From Vicugna vicugna (taxonomy: Eukaryota), in the NCBI GenBank assembly GCA_013265495.1, contig MU058844.1, positions 1,680,941 to 1,744,940 of the forward strand: a stretch of 64,000 bases of DNA, read 5' to 3'. This document shows positions 1-11,570 of the stretch, in pieces. The notes under the pieces were generated by a model that worked only from the letters and a program-made list of their open reading frames with translations, was not told the DNA's origin and made no database searches. The position numbers were made by a program, and so were the translations under genes. The number at the start of each line of letters is the position of its first letter. The first letter of the stretch is position 1.

Positions 1-520
1 TATACTCTGCAACATGTTTTCATTTTGAAATCATTTAACGTTTTACAGAATTTTTGAAATAAAATTAAATAAAAATAATCATCTTTAACAGTTTTTTTTC
101 CTATTTCCTCTATAGATTGGGCCTTTTCTTTCATTTTATATCCTAACTGGGTTTTTATTATTTAATAAATGATACTGATTTCAGCATATTACTTCTATAT
201 TCTATAACCTTATTGAATTCTATCACTTTCTTTTTTGTGTGATTGATTCTTTTGCATTACCAATTATACAATTAGATAATCAGAAAAAGAGTTTTACTTC
301 TTCCATTCCAATGTTTGAGATTTTTTTTACTCTAAACTTTTACTCTTGCAAACTGTGTTGGCTCTGGGTCTCAGTATAATGTTAAATGTAATGGTGACTG
401 TGGATACCCTTGTCTTTTTCCTCACTGTAGAAGAAATGCTTCTGTGGGTCCATTAATTAAAATGCTACAATTGAAAAAAGAATATATTCTCCAGTCTCCT
501 CCTTTTTAAAAGTTGTGCTA
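1..520 (-). mobile_element. Old L1 (L1M/L1ME) ORF2 fragment
   Basis: T-rich antisense-L1 sequence (e.g. tcttccattccaatg, gtataatgttaaatgtaatggtgactgtggatacccttgtctt). Confidence 0.65.
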
Positions 521-593
521 TGGTATTTGATATATAATCATTAATACCACATTTTCATTTTCAATCGCAATCTTAACTATTATAAAGTGCCTG

Positions 594-746
594 TCCCTCC
601 CTCCCTCCCTCTCTCCCTCCCTTCCTCCCTTCCTTCCTTCCTTCCTCCCTCCCTCCCTCTTTCCTTCCTTCCTTTCCTTCTCTTCCCTTTCCCTCTTTCT
701 TTCCCTCTTTCTTCCCTTCTTTCTTTCTCTTTCTTTCTTTCTTTCT
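594..746. repeat. Polypyrimidine compound microsatellite (CCCT/CCTT/CTTT)n
   Basis: ~150 nt of only C and T on the + strand. Confidence 0.95.
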
Positions 747-1030
747 AGCAGCTTAAAAACAACAGAAACATCTGTTCTTCACAGTTCTGAAGACTGGAAA
801 GGAGCCAGCATGGCTGGGGGAGGGTCCTCGTCTGGGTTGGAGACTTCCTTGTTGTGTCCTCACGTGAGGAATGGGCTAGGAATCTCTCCAGACTTGCTTT
901 CATAAGGGCACTGATTCTATTTGTGAGGGCTCTGCCCATCCCAGAGGTCCCTCCTCCTAATAGCATCATATTTGGCACTGGGATTTAGCATGTGAATTTT
1001 CAGGGGGTTGCAAACATTCAGCCCATGGTT
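747..1030 (-). mobile_element. MaLR LTR (MLT1A/MST-like)
   Basis: gcttaaaaacaacagaaac...cacagttctgaagactggaa...cataagggcactgatt...caaacattcagcccat matches reverse MaLR LTR. Confidence 0.75.
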
Positions 1031-1034
1031 GATA

Positions 1035-1700
1035 CAAGCCTTATTTTTTTCCTTTATAAGAGTATTAATGTTTTTGTCCATCCAATGAATTTTTTCTTTA
1101 TCTTTAAAGCCCAATAATTTTATTAGGATATGTCTTGGGGCCAATTTGTCTTGGAACACAGTCAATATACAGATTCACATCTTTTAGTTCAAACAATTTT
1201 TTTAAATTATGTTTTACAGTATTAATTCTCTCCCAGTGTTTTCCTTCCTTAGAACTTCAATTATGCACGTATGAAATTTCCTTTACTTGTCTTCTGTATC
1301 CATCATTGAAGATTTATTTGTTTCCATTTCCTTGTTTGTTTGTTTTCCTTACTTCTATTTGTCAGAACCTTTACAAAAGTCTCCATGCCATCATTTTTTT
1401 TTCATTTTGAAATAATTTTCTTTTCCTGAATTCTGTCAATTCCTTTTTTACCTTTTCAGGTTTTCTAGGCATTACCTTTAACAGTTTGACTATGTTATTC
1501 CAGAGCATTTGTATTTCTACTTTGTAATCTTTCTTCCTGGTTACAAATAATTCACTGTTACTTAAAAAATTCTTATTGGAATATTCAATTATGATTTTTA
1601 TCTGCTATATAGTATAAAGTATTTTAGTAAGTGTTCCTTCGTATTGGAAAATTATAATTTTTCACGTCTTTTCTTACACTATTTTCTTATTTTTGTCTTT
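1035..1700 (-). mobile_element. Old L1/HAL1 ORF1 remnant
   Basis: Minus-strand ORF 917..1165 contains PRHILIKLLGFKDKEKI, similar to the L1 ORF1p PRHIIIKxxxxKDKEKI motif. Confidence 0.7.
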
Positions 1701-2859
1701 GGTTTTCATATATAAATGACAGCAAAATGTCCCAGAATGTTCCAGCATGAGATGGAGTGGGGTGAGAGCAGGAATGGTTTCCCAGATTCACAACCCCAGC
1801 TAGAATGATAGGAACACTGGTGTGATATAGAAACTGACCAATTTAGAACAGACATCTTAGCCAACCATTACAACTCTTAAAATAAAAAAAAAATCAGCAG
1901 TGAGTTTATGTTGAAAATCAGTCCTAGTCTCAAAAACCTTTCTTTATAGCGTGGTACTTCTATGTCAGCACCCTTCCTTTGCCTCGAATCTAATGTGGCT
2001 CTGGAGCACTTCCTCCTCCAGCCCTGTGTCTCCACTGCTTACTCTGTTGGCTGCTGCTACCGAGGGACACAGGTCTTGTCCTCTGTGATCCACTCACTTT
2101 TAGAAAGTGGATTTTTATTGACATTTTCTAAGTCTACTCTCCTCTGCGCTCATCCCTGGGCAATTTTAAGTCTTCCTTCTGTCCCCAGTGCTCGTGCCCA
2201 AATGTCTTTCAATGCTGTTTGAAGCACTGGCCTACAGTTTGGGACCCTGACCTTTTCGAGAGTAGGTACGTATTTTGCTGTCGGTTTCCGGGACTGGCCT
2301 CTGCAGAGTCAACACTCTCCAGTCTTCCCAGCCCCATGTCATGGCTGCTCTGGGGCCTTCCTGCCTGGCCCTGCTGGTCTCAGTTGCTTCTGGCAGCATG
2401 TACACATAATTTGAAGTCTGTGGGCTTTCTTTGTCTCCTATTTCACATGAAAATGGAGCTTGTGATTTTTTTGTTGTTGTTGTTCTTTTCCTTTTCAGCA
2501 TCTTGTTGCTCTACTTCCAGGAGAAGCAGAAAGATTCAGAATTAAGCTGCCACCATGCTCTCCCACAATCATAATTAATATAATCATTTTTGTCATAGTG
2601 AAGGTTTGAAGGATCGTCTCACATAAGTCAGGTAAATAAAGAATGGACTTTTCACATGGAAAGATGAGCTTCTCTAAAAGATGGATCCTGAGCAAAGTAT
2701 ATTCCCTGCTGGTGAGTTTTCAAGATGTACTCGGGACATAATTGAGAGGGCTGCTCGATAAACTTATTAAATAAGCAAATCTATGCAGAGAGTCTGTCAC
2801 TCCCTGAGAAATGAAACTGGGTAGAGGAAAAAGAATCAGATTTACATGTTACAAAAATG

Positions 2860-3260
2860 CTGTTCTTTATTTTAATCGACAGAATTGGATTAGACTCCAG
2901 CATCAGCATGCATTTCCCATTGTTTTCTTTTTATATTAACTACAGGAGACTCATTAGAATTTCATGGATGTAATTGTTTCTGGGTTACATCCTCAATTAA
3001 TGACTGTAATTGAAAGATCGGATGGGACTGGGATAACGTGACTGTAATTTAAGTGTAAGATGTTTGGGCCTCTATTTACAATGCATTTGTTATTTTTTCT
3101 TCTGCTGTGGAGGAGTATTTACGAGATGCAGAAATAAATGCATTTCAAACAGCAATGTCGCAATCAAAACAATGTGCATATTGTGTACTGGGTGTTGTTT
3201 TCCTGGGCTGTTATGTGACTCTGCAGCCCTCAGCAGGATGCATGTGCATAAAAGAGCTTG
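2860..3260. promoter_or_regulatory. Candidate conserved non-coding/enhancer-like block
   Basis: Repeat-free; clustered TAATT/ATTA homeodomain cores and SOX-type CATTGT/ACAATG sites. Confidence 0.3.
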
Positions 3261-4049
3261 TGCTCAGATCTTCTGGGAGGAACTGGGGGAGGAGAACAAG
3301 CTTCAACAAAGAGGGGGTGGTGGTGTGGAAGAGAAGGCTATCTCTGTCTTTATGTTTTGATAGCACTGTTCAAAACCCAGCATCTTAGCCTGCACTTGCC
3401 AAGGATTCCCTAATCAGTTTTAGATTATGTTGTGAGGAAAGAAAAGAGGACCACCCTCTAAGCTCGTAATTATGGCTCTTCTCTGCTTTTCTCTCCTTAC
3501 GTTTCCCCCAGAAGTAGATATTAACCTTATTAGGGTTTTGAGCAGTGCATCACTCATTATCTATACACAGACTTTGAGGCAGCTGCGAGAGGCAGCTGAG
3601 CAATTATCCGGGGTTAGTCAGATTTGCTCCAGACTCTGGAAACATAGAAACTATAGACTGGAGCTCTTGGGTTCAAGGCTGTCTGCTATTTCTCCATCCA
3701 AGGTCAGATGTGGACTGTGTAGTTTGTGATGTGTCTTTTTTGATATAATGACTTTTCTTTCTCTTGTGGGTCTATTTATTGATCTGGAGGGAAGGGCCAA
3801 GACAGCTGCAAGCTTGAAGACGTGATAGATGAGCTAGGGAGGCAAAGATGTGTGGATGGACTAAACCACCATGGAAAGAAGAAAGAAAGTGGGACAATAA
3901 GAAGGTAGGAATAGAGAGTTAGGAGACAGTGAGGATGGGAAGGGAAGGGCCACTGATTCAGTGATGACTTAACCACAGTTAATAATAACTTAATGACTAT
4001 GTGCCTCCTATTGTAGCTCTCATGCTGATACTGTGAGCTGAGGAGCATT

Positions 4050-4216
4050 TCCCAATGTCACCCCTGCTTCAGAAACTCAAGGGTGGGTGCTCACTAGAAT
4101 GCAGATTATCAGACCCCACCACAGACCTAAGGAATCAGCATTTCTGTGTATGGCCCCAGGAAGCTTCATTTTCCCAGGATCCTAGGTAATTCTAACAGAC
4201 ATTGGAGTTTGAGAAA
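4050..4216. mobile_element. hAT-Charlie MITE (MER5A-like)
   Basis: aatgcagatt...gaccccaccacagacctaaggaatcagcatttct...ggccccaggaagc...ggtaattcta...agtttgagaa. Confidence 0.75.
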
Positions 4217-4589
4217 ACCTGGGGAGGAGGCAGTGGAAAGCAGAAGGAATGGAATGGTAACAGGTCAGAGAGTGACGGGTCAGAGAGTGTGGCTGCGAGA
4301 GAGTGGACTAAGGTCAGACTCAACAGGCACATATTTAGCCCTCACGGGGGCGGCGATCACAGAAGTTCAGGATCTTCCTGTAAGTTATGCATCTAGTAAG
4401 TGGCAGAGCCAAGGTTCATACTTACAAGTCCAAGGCTCTTTCCTTTGTGCCAAGCTTAAGTCATTAGGGATAGGAAAGTGTTAGAATTTGGATGGCAGGT
4501 TACAGGAAGAAGGAAATACAGCTTGGGGTCCAGGACGAATTCATTGTATGTCGGGATAGGGACACATTTCAGGAAAATGGTGTGGGAGG

Positions 4590-4895
4590 CAAAATATATT
4601 TCATTTTCTTTAACCTCCTATTCTAAACTCATTTTTATTTGCCTCCTTCATGAATATTTTTGGGTACCATTGCGTATTAACTGTAAAATTATACACTCCA
4701 ATTTTTTTTTGTTAAATTGACGCTTTTAAAAAAATTTAACAGGCTTCTAAGTCATAATATCATAAAATTATAATTTGATATGTTAAGGTATTCTGGCATA
4801 CACTAGCAAATACTCAACTAATAATTTCTTTAAAAAAAAATCTATCTCTATACTACTTAAAATCATCTTGCTAGTGGTTCTACACACTCTGAAGC
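4590..4895. mobile_element. Probable old hAT-Charlie DNA transposon fragment
   Basis: End segment tactacttaaaatcatcttgctagtggttctacacactctgaag resembles a Charlie-family terminus (from recall). Confidence 0.3.
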
Positions 4896-5379
4896 TTCGA
4901 TATAATGCTTTTGTCAATTTTATCTTCTGCTCCAGACTATGCGTTCCCCCACTGCCTCCCTGGGCCTTCTGAGCCCCAAGGTCTAGGATGTCTGCATGAT
5001 CTCTGGTCGCCATGTTTACTGGATTGGCTCGTTCAGCACTGCTTTCTAGTGGCACAGCCTGGGTCACCCTCTTCAGTATCTTTACTTGTCCCTCTCTCCA
5101 TTTTGCCGCTGAATTCTCCTCCGGCTCTCATTTCTAGCTAAATCTTACCCACGAATTTGGGTCTCTCTGCCTTCAGTGGTCCTAACAAGCTCCCTTCCCT
5201 CTTTACCTGTTGAAGGTGACCTCCATTAATAGCCTTCAATCATAATGCCCCTTATGGACAAAGTATCAGTAAAATGTTTGATTGATAAATAAACTGATAA
5301 ATGATTTAAGCCACTAAGTAATATGTTTTAAGTGGCTTTTAAGTGCCCAAAAGAGAAGCAGTAAAAATGAACAAATAAA

Positions 5380-5790
5380 TACAATACCAATACCAATCCC
5401 TTCTATGAAGAAAATAAAGCAGAATAAAGTATTAGAAAGAGAGAGAGAGAGGGAGGGAGAGAGAAGGTTTTTAGGATGGATATATAGGATGTAGGATGGA
5501 ATAGGAAGATCTCTCTGAGAGAGGAAGACTTAAATAATGAGAAAAAGCCAAACATGAGCTGATCTCATTTAATGGTATAAGAGTGTACACGGGAGAGGTG
5601 TGCAAAGACCCTGAGACTGGGATGACCCTGAAGCCCCAGGAGGAAAGAAAACAAGCCCCCAAAGGGGGAAGTAATAGGACAGACTAGAGAGGTAGGCAAA
5701 GGGAAGATTCCGTTGACTCTTATAGACCACAGCAAGGAGTCTGAAGTGCACTCTAGTGCGCTGGAAGCCACTGGAGGGTGTTCCAGCAGG
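5380..5790 (-). mobile_element. L2 fragment
   Basis: gtgcaaagaccctgag...ggaagccactggaggg, typical antisense L2. Confidence 0.65.
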
Positions 5791-6147
5791 AGGGTCCTGA
5801 GCTAGCCTCCCCATCCAGGCTCTGGAGCGACTGAACGAACTGAAGCTCCCCTTACTTTATGTGCACTTGTTCATCTTTGTGCGTCACATCCTCCTGCCTG
5901 GACTACTGTCCTTAGCTCCTCAGTTTTCCTAGACCATCTTGTTCCTCTTTGACTATAGACTCCTCTTGTGGAAAAAACACAATTAACTTTGTTTCATTTC
6001 ATATTTCTCAAACTTATTTGACCACAAACTTTTTTTACATGAAATGTCTGTTACTTTCTTTGGGGAAGCATTACAGACATTTAAGCTATTCTAGTTCTTC
6101 TTTCTATAGCTGTAAAATAGATGCAGTCATTCTCTTCTGTGACCTTT

Positions 6148-6596
6148 TGTATTAGGGTTCTCCAGAGACACAGAACCAATAGGGTGAGTGAGTGAGTGAG
6201 TGTGTGAGTGTGTGTGTGTGTGTGTGTGTGTACAGAGAGAGAGAGATTTATTTTGAGGAGCCCACTCAGGTGACTATGGAGGCTCATAAGTCTAAAATCT
6301 GCAGGGTGGGTTGTTAGGCTGGAGGCCCACAGAGTAGTCAAACCTGCAGCTCAAGTTCAAAGGCCATTTGCTGCAGAATTCCCTCTTACTTGGAGGGGGT
6401 CAGTCTTTTGTTCTATTCAGGCCTTCAACTGATTAAATGAAGTCCAACCACGTTAGGGAGATCAATCTGCTTTACCCAAAGTACACTGGTTTAAATATTC
6501 ATCTCAGTCAAGAAATTCTCACAGAAACAGCCAGAATAACATTTGGCTACATAACTTGTGGCCCACCCAAGCTGATACATAAAATTAACCATCATG
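6148..6596 (-). mobile_element. ERVL solo LTR MLT2 (MLT2B-like) with internal (TG)n
   Basis: Starts tgtattagggttctccagagacacagaaccaatagg, ends aaaattaaccatca; near-TSD ccttt/ctttt; GTGA/TG/GA tract ~6184-6246. Confidence 0.9.
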
Positions 6597-6999
6597 CTTT
6601 TCTTATAGGACAAGACAAAGGGAGAAACTAATTTTTCCTTTTTAAGAAGTAGTTTTGTGTTTTATCACAGAATGTATTTGTATGCATTTTTTTGGTGCTT
6701 CCAGTAAATCAGCAACCATGGAATTAACAATCACCTTCCAATATTGATTATATTTATTAAAGGCTTTCCTGAAATAAATATTAAAAGTAAAATAATCAGA
6801 CTGAAAGAGTGAAATAAAGAACAATAGACCCAGGCAAGGAACACAGACTAGGTCAGAATAAGAAGAATAGAAAGGAAAATATTTATAGGAATTTATTGAT
6901 GAAATTCCCTAGTTAAAAAAAGAGTAGAGACAGCTAATAGTAACCTAAGTTTTACTGATGCAGGATGAGATGATGAATTTTTTTTTTAATTTTAGGGAC

Positions 7000-7480
7000 A
7001 AGCTATAATTGATCAGCACTTCATGCAAATGAATAATGTAGATGAACCTTATCAGCATGCTGGAAGCTTACAATCATTCAAATTACACAAAAGCCATCAA
7101 ATATGTGGAAATCAAAACAACAGAAAGAGCCATTAATTCCCATTCTGTCCCCTAGCATTCTAGGGTTTTACCCACATTTGTGATGGAAAGATACTTCAAC
7201 CTTGAAATTAAACAGAGAACACGGTGTGGTAATTTAGTCACATATTCACCATTTAGTTGTTTTAAAGGTGATCTAGGCAAGTGTACAACATTGAAGTATG
7301 CATGTTTTTAACATGCAGTCCAATTCTATTCATGTCTTGCATGATGGATTCGGAATTTCAGATCAATTCTAGTTAATAGAAAATGTGTTAATTAAGATCA
7401 GCTTAATAGTGGTGTTTTTGGAGGATTAAAAAAAATGTTTGATTTGAGCACCACATTTCCATTCAGAAAAGCTATAGTGC
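7000..7480. promoter_or_regulatory. Candidate enhancer-like block with octamer
   Basis: ATGCAAAT at 7023-7030, TAATT cores, ATCAAA (TCF-like) and ACAAT sites; no repeat similarity recognised. Confidence 0.3.
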
Positions 7481-7889
7481 TTTGAAAATGAATATACTGG
7501 ACATAAAATAAGTCCTGAACAAATCATCCTTCACAAACTGGATTTCTGTATTTTCTGCATTTGAATCCATCTATCAGTCCACAAATGACCCTTCCCTTTT
7601 CCGTCTCCCAGCCATCCCCTCCCTCTGCATATACCTGTGACGAATAGTTTAAGACAGTGACTGCCAACCAGAGTTCTGAAACACCACTGGGGAGAGAGAC
7701 CCTGGAGAACGTTGGCCTTTTGCTGAATTGGAGAAGAAATTCACAGCAGAAGGCTTGAGCCAAGTCCCAATTATAATGTGGCCACAGGGACCAGTTCCTA
7801 TGTGTCCCAACAATGTCCCATTTAAAGATGTCAAGAAAATGGCCTAATGGTAAATTCTGTCACAAAAGAACTACTAGGCTAAGTGGATC

Positions 7890-8250
7890 TGATGGTCTGG
7901 AAAATCCACTGCCACTAGCAAACTGTATGATCTAGGGCAAGTTATCAGTCTTACTGCATCCATATTCTTTCATCTGTAAAATGGATATAACTATTGTTTA
8001 TTGAGGATCTATTATGTGCTATGTACTTTTCATTCTTATGCTCTCTTAATCTTCATGATAACATTATGAAGTATGCATCATTATATACTTACTCATCCCT
8101 TGGTAGAAGAGACAGCTGATGCTTAGAGATGTCAAATACTGACCAGGGTCGCACAAGCATGGCGGCAGGATTTGAAAGCAAGCCCTCCATAATGCTTGAC
8201 CTGAATTACTGCACTGATTCCCAGGATGCTAATTAACACCTACTTCACAG
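7890..8250. mobile_element. Two adjacent MIR SINEs in opposite orientation
   Basis: MIR core tgatctagggcaagtt...ttcatctgtaaaatgg followed by reverse-type cttagagatgtcaaa...ggcaggatttgaa. Confidence 0.7.
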
Positions 8251-9104
8251 GATTGTTCCTGGGCTGAACTTATTCAATGCATATAAAACACATAGCACAA
8301 ATATCTGAAAACAAATGCTAGCTTTAGCATCTGGATCCAGTCGCAGCAAACACAAAGTCTTCTTAGGTAATCTTTTTATTAATCCCCTTCTAACATTCCC
8401 CTCACCTTTCTTCAGTGTTAATAAATTAAGAGTCAGTACCATCTAACAGGTATTTGTCTATATCATCAAAACCTTTTCATTATTCCTTAATTATTTTATG
8501 AAGACTATTTCTCTACAATTTCCATTGGTTTATGCAGGGGGAGTTAAGAAGTAACAGGCTCTTGGTTAGAAGATCAGCATGGATTCTTAGCTTTTCCATT
8601 GGACTTTGAGGGAAAAAAAACTTCAGAAGTTCAATTTTCTCACTTCTGAAAGGGGAATAATGATACCTGTTCTTTGCCTTTGTCAGCTCTAGAATAAAAT
8701 TAAAATTAAAGCAAGCATATGAAAGGATTTATACATGCCAGTGTGCCATAGAAATGTAAAGGTGGTATTAGCAAGGGTTATGACATCTTCTGATTTCTTT
8801 CCATTCATTCATTTTTATGTGTCTATCAACATAAAAAGCAATAATTTTTGACTTGCAAATTTTACTGTTAGACGGAACTGCTGAATGACACAATGAAAGG
8901 AGGATGCATTCACATTTTATTTTTATGTGAATAAATTATGGACAATTGTTTTTCCTTTTTACTTTTTTTCCCCTTGTGGCAAATGAGCTCATCTTATTCA
9001 TATGTAGACCAAAGATTCAAATTTCTTTCTGGAAAATATTCAGGCTATAAGAGCTTATGTGAACTAATCAATTTGTATGAAGTTGGTTGGGTTTTTTCAG
9101 ATGG

Positions 9105-9535
9105 TGTTAGAGGTTGGCTTCCTCCTGAAGGAGACTTTGAGACAGAAATTTGGATATAAGAAGGCTATTAGGAAGTGCCCTTGGGTTCAACACTTGTGGG
9201 AGAAGGGATGGAAACAAGATTGGGCAAAGGGAAAAGGTAACTCTAATCTAATTCAGAAAAGGTCTCAGCTGATCCCATGGGTAACTCTAACATGGGATGC
9301 TCCTTCAGAGTTGTCTTGAAGTGGGAGGAAGGACTGAGTCTTTGTATGCTCACAGCAGCTAATCTTGGATGCCAACTTACCCATGGAAGAGGGCACGGTG
9401 TTAGGTGAGTTGGCTTTCTTTAGACAAAAGCAATTCCCAGAAGAGACCAACAGCCAGAAGCGCTTGCAGATGGGGGGAATCATGCTGCCCGGTTCTGAAA
9501 GGGGTCTTGCACAGCATATTACAGTGTCCACTACA
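9105..9535 (-). mobile_element. ERVL solo LTR (LTR16 family)
   Basis: TG...CA ends (tgttagagg...gtccactaca) with perfect 5-bp TSD GATGG at 9100-9104 and 9536-9540; LTR16-like internal sequence. Confidence 0.85.
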
Positions 9536-9919
9536 GATGGCAATGTACTTGCTTTACCATATTTATTTATGAATCTCATCAACATCCTTCTGGTGAGTTA
9601 TCATGCAGTCTCAGGTAAGGCATTAATTACCTCATGAGTATTTCTAAGTTTAGACAGAAAATAATTCTTATTATATTATGTCAACCTTATATTAAGCTGA
9701 AATCTGACACCAGATTCCTTAATCTCTGAAAAGAGAAGATTTTGAGGAAACTCTACTAAAGAGCTCAACTTGGCATTAGAACAAAGTGGGAACAGTACAA
9801 TACTTGGAACTCATAAATGTTTGCTGAAGGAATAGTTGAGAGAAATGGAGAATTTATGCAGCTGATGGCTATAGCAGCAATCTTTACTCACAATCACAGT
9901 TTTCAGCCCCTGAGTAAGA

Positions 9920-10110
9920 ATAATGGCTAATACTTTTTGAATATTCACTATATACTGGACACTGTTCTAAGTTCATTATATAAGTTAACTGTACTAATAT
10001 CACAATAACTCTGTAAGATGGGCATTATAAACCACATTTTACAAATAAAAAACAGGCTCAAGAGAGGTTAAAATGTATATCTAAACTCACATGACTAGTA
10101 AATAATGAAA
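9920..10110 (-). mobile_element. MIR SINE
   Basis: aataatggctaa...cattttacaaataaaaaacaggctcaagagaggtta. Confidence 0.75.
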
Positions 10111-10204
10111 ACCATAACACTCATACAGCTCATGAAGGGAATGATAGTAAAGGAAATTTGCGTCTCACATTGTAATCCTTACTTATCTTCCTAACCGTTC
10201 CTCT

Positions 10205-10633
10205 TTGCCATAAGCAAGAAGAGTTGCCCTAACAAAGTATTACAAACTATATGGCTTAAAATAATGGAAATTCATTCTCTTACTGTTCTGGAAGCCAGAG
10301 ATCTAAAATCAGGGTGTTGGCAAGCTTGGTGCCTTCTGGAGAGCTCTGAGGGAGTCTGTTCCATGCTTTCTCTTAGCTTCTGATGTTACTGACAATCCTT
10401 GGCTTGAAGACATACCACTCCAGTCTCTGCCTCTATCATCAGATAATTTTCTCCCATTGTGTCTGTCTCTGCATCTCTTCTCTTCTTATAAGAATACTAG
10501 TCATATTGGATTAAGGGCCGCCATAAGGCATTGCATAAGCAAAGGCATTGTTTCCAAATAAGATCATATTCACAGGTACCAGGGTTTAGGAATGCAACAA
10601 ATCTTTTAGGGGGACACAATTCAACCCATAACA
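10205..10633 (-). mobile_element. MaLR LTR (MLT1B/C-like)
   Basis: taacaaagtattacaaact...gttctggaagccagag...ggggacacaattcaacccataaca. Confidence 0.85.
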
Positions 10634-10669
10634 CCACATAATTCTTAAGAGGATTAATTCTCAGAGAAC

Positions 10670-11570
10670 ATACCTAATTCAATAAACAAATATCTCTTAT
10701 GCATCAAGAATGTGTCTGGTGTTGTGCCAGCCCCTGGAGGTAGAACAGTTAACAAGCAAACTCTACCATTAAGTCAAAATATTTATTAAACATCTACATC
10801 TACTATTTATCAGGAACAGGTCCAAGAACTGAGAATACAGTAATTAATAGGATAAAATCTCAGTTCTCAAGGAGTTTATCTTCAAGTGAGACAAGATAGA
10901 CAATAAATAAATTAACAAATACGATAATTTATGATACGAAAATGTGCTATGAAAAAATAAAGTAGGAAAATATGAGGAAGAGTGACTGGGGAAGGGTATC
11001 TAAAGAGTTAAGGAAGAACTCTATGGGAGGGTAAATTTTGAGTTAAGAGCTGAGTGACTAGAAGGAAGTGGCCATGCAAAGATCTTGGAGCAGAGAATCC
11101 AAGCAGAAGGGCAGCCGAGGGCAAAGACCCTGGTTGGGAATAATGTAGAACATTCAAGACAGAGAATGAGAGCCATTGTCCCTAAAGCGTATGAACTAAA
11201 GGAAAAATGAAAAGAAACATGGTTGAGAAGTCAGTGCGTAAGGGGTTTGGCTTTTATGATCTTCTCTCTAGGTAGATATTTAGGGGTTTTTAAATGACAA
11301 TGACTTGAATGTAAGTTTTAGAAACATAACCCTGGCTGCATTCTGTGGGGTAGACTATAGAGAGAGAAGAACAGAATCAGGAAGACCACTGAGGTGACCA
11401 CTGGATGAATCCAAACAAAAGACGGTGGGAATGTGGGGTAGAGTTGTAGTGGTGAAATTGGCAAGAAAAGAGTTAGAATAGAGATATATTTTACTAGAGA
11501 GGATGGAAACTTCTCATGAATTAGATGCAGGGTACGAATAAAAAAATAAATCAAGGATGACACCTCTTCA
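10670..11570 (-). mobile_element. L2 (3' portion)
   Basis: aatatttattaaacatctac...ctcaaggagtttatc...gccatgcaaagatct...tcaaggatgacacc. Confidence 0.8.
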
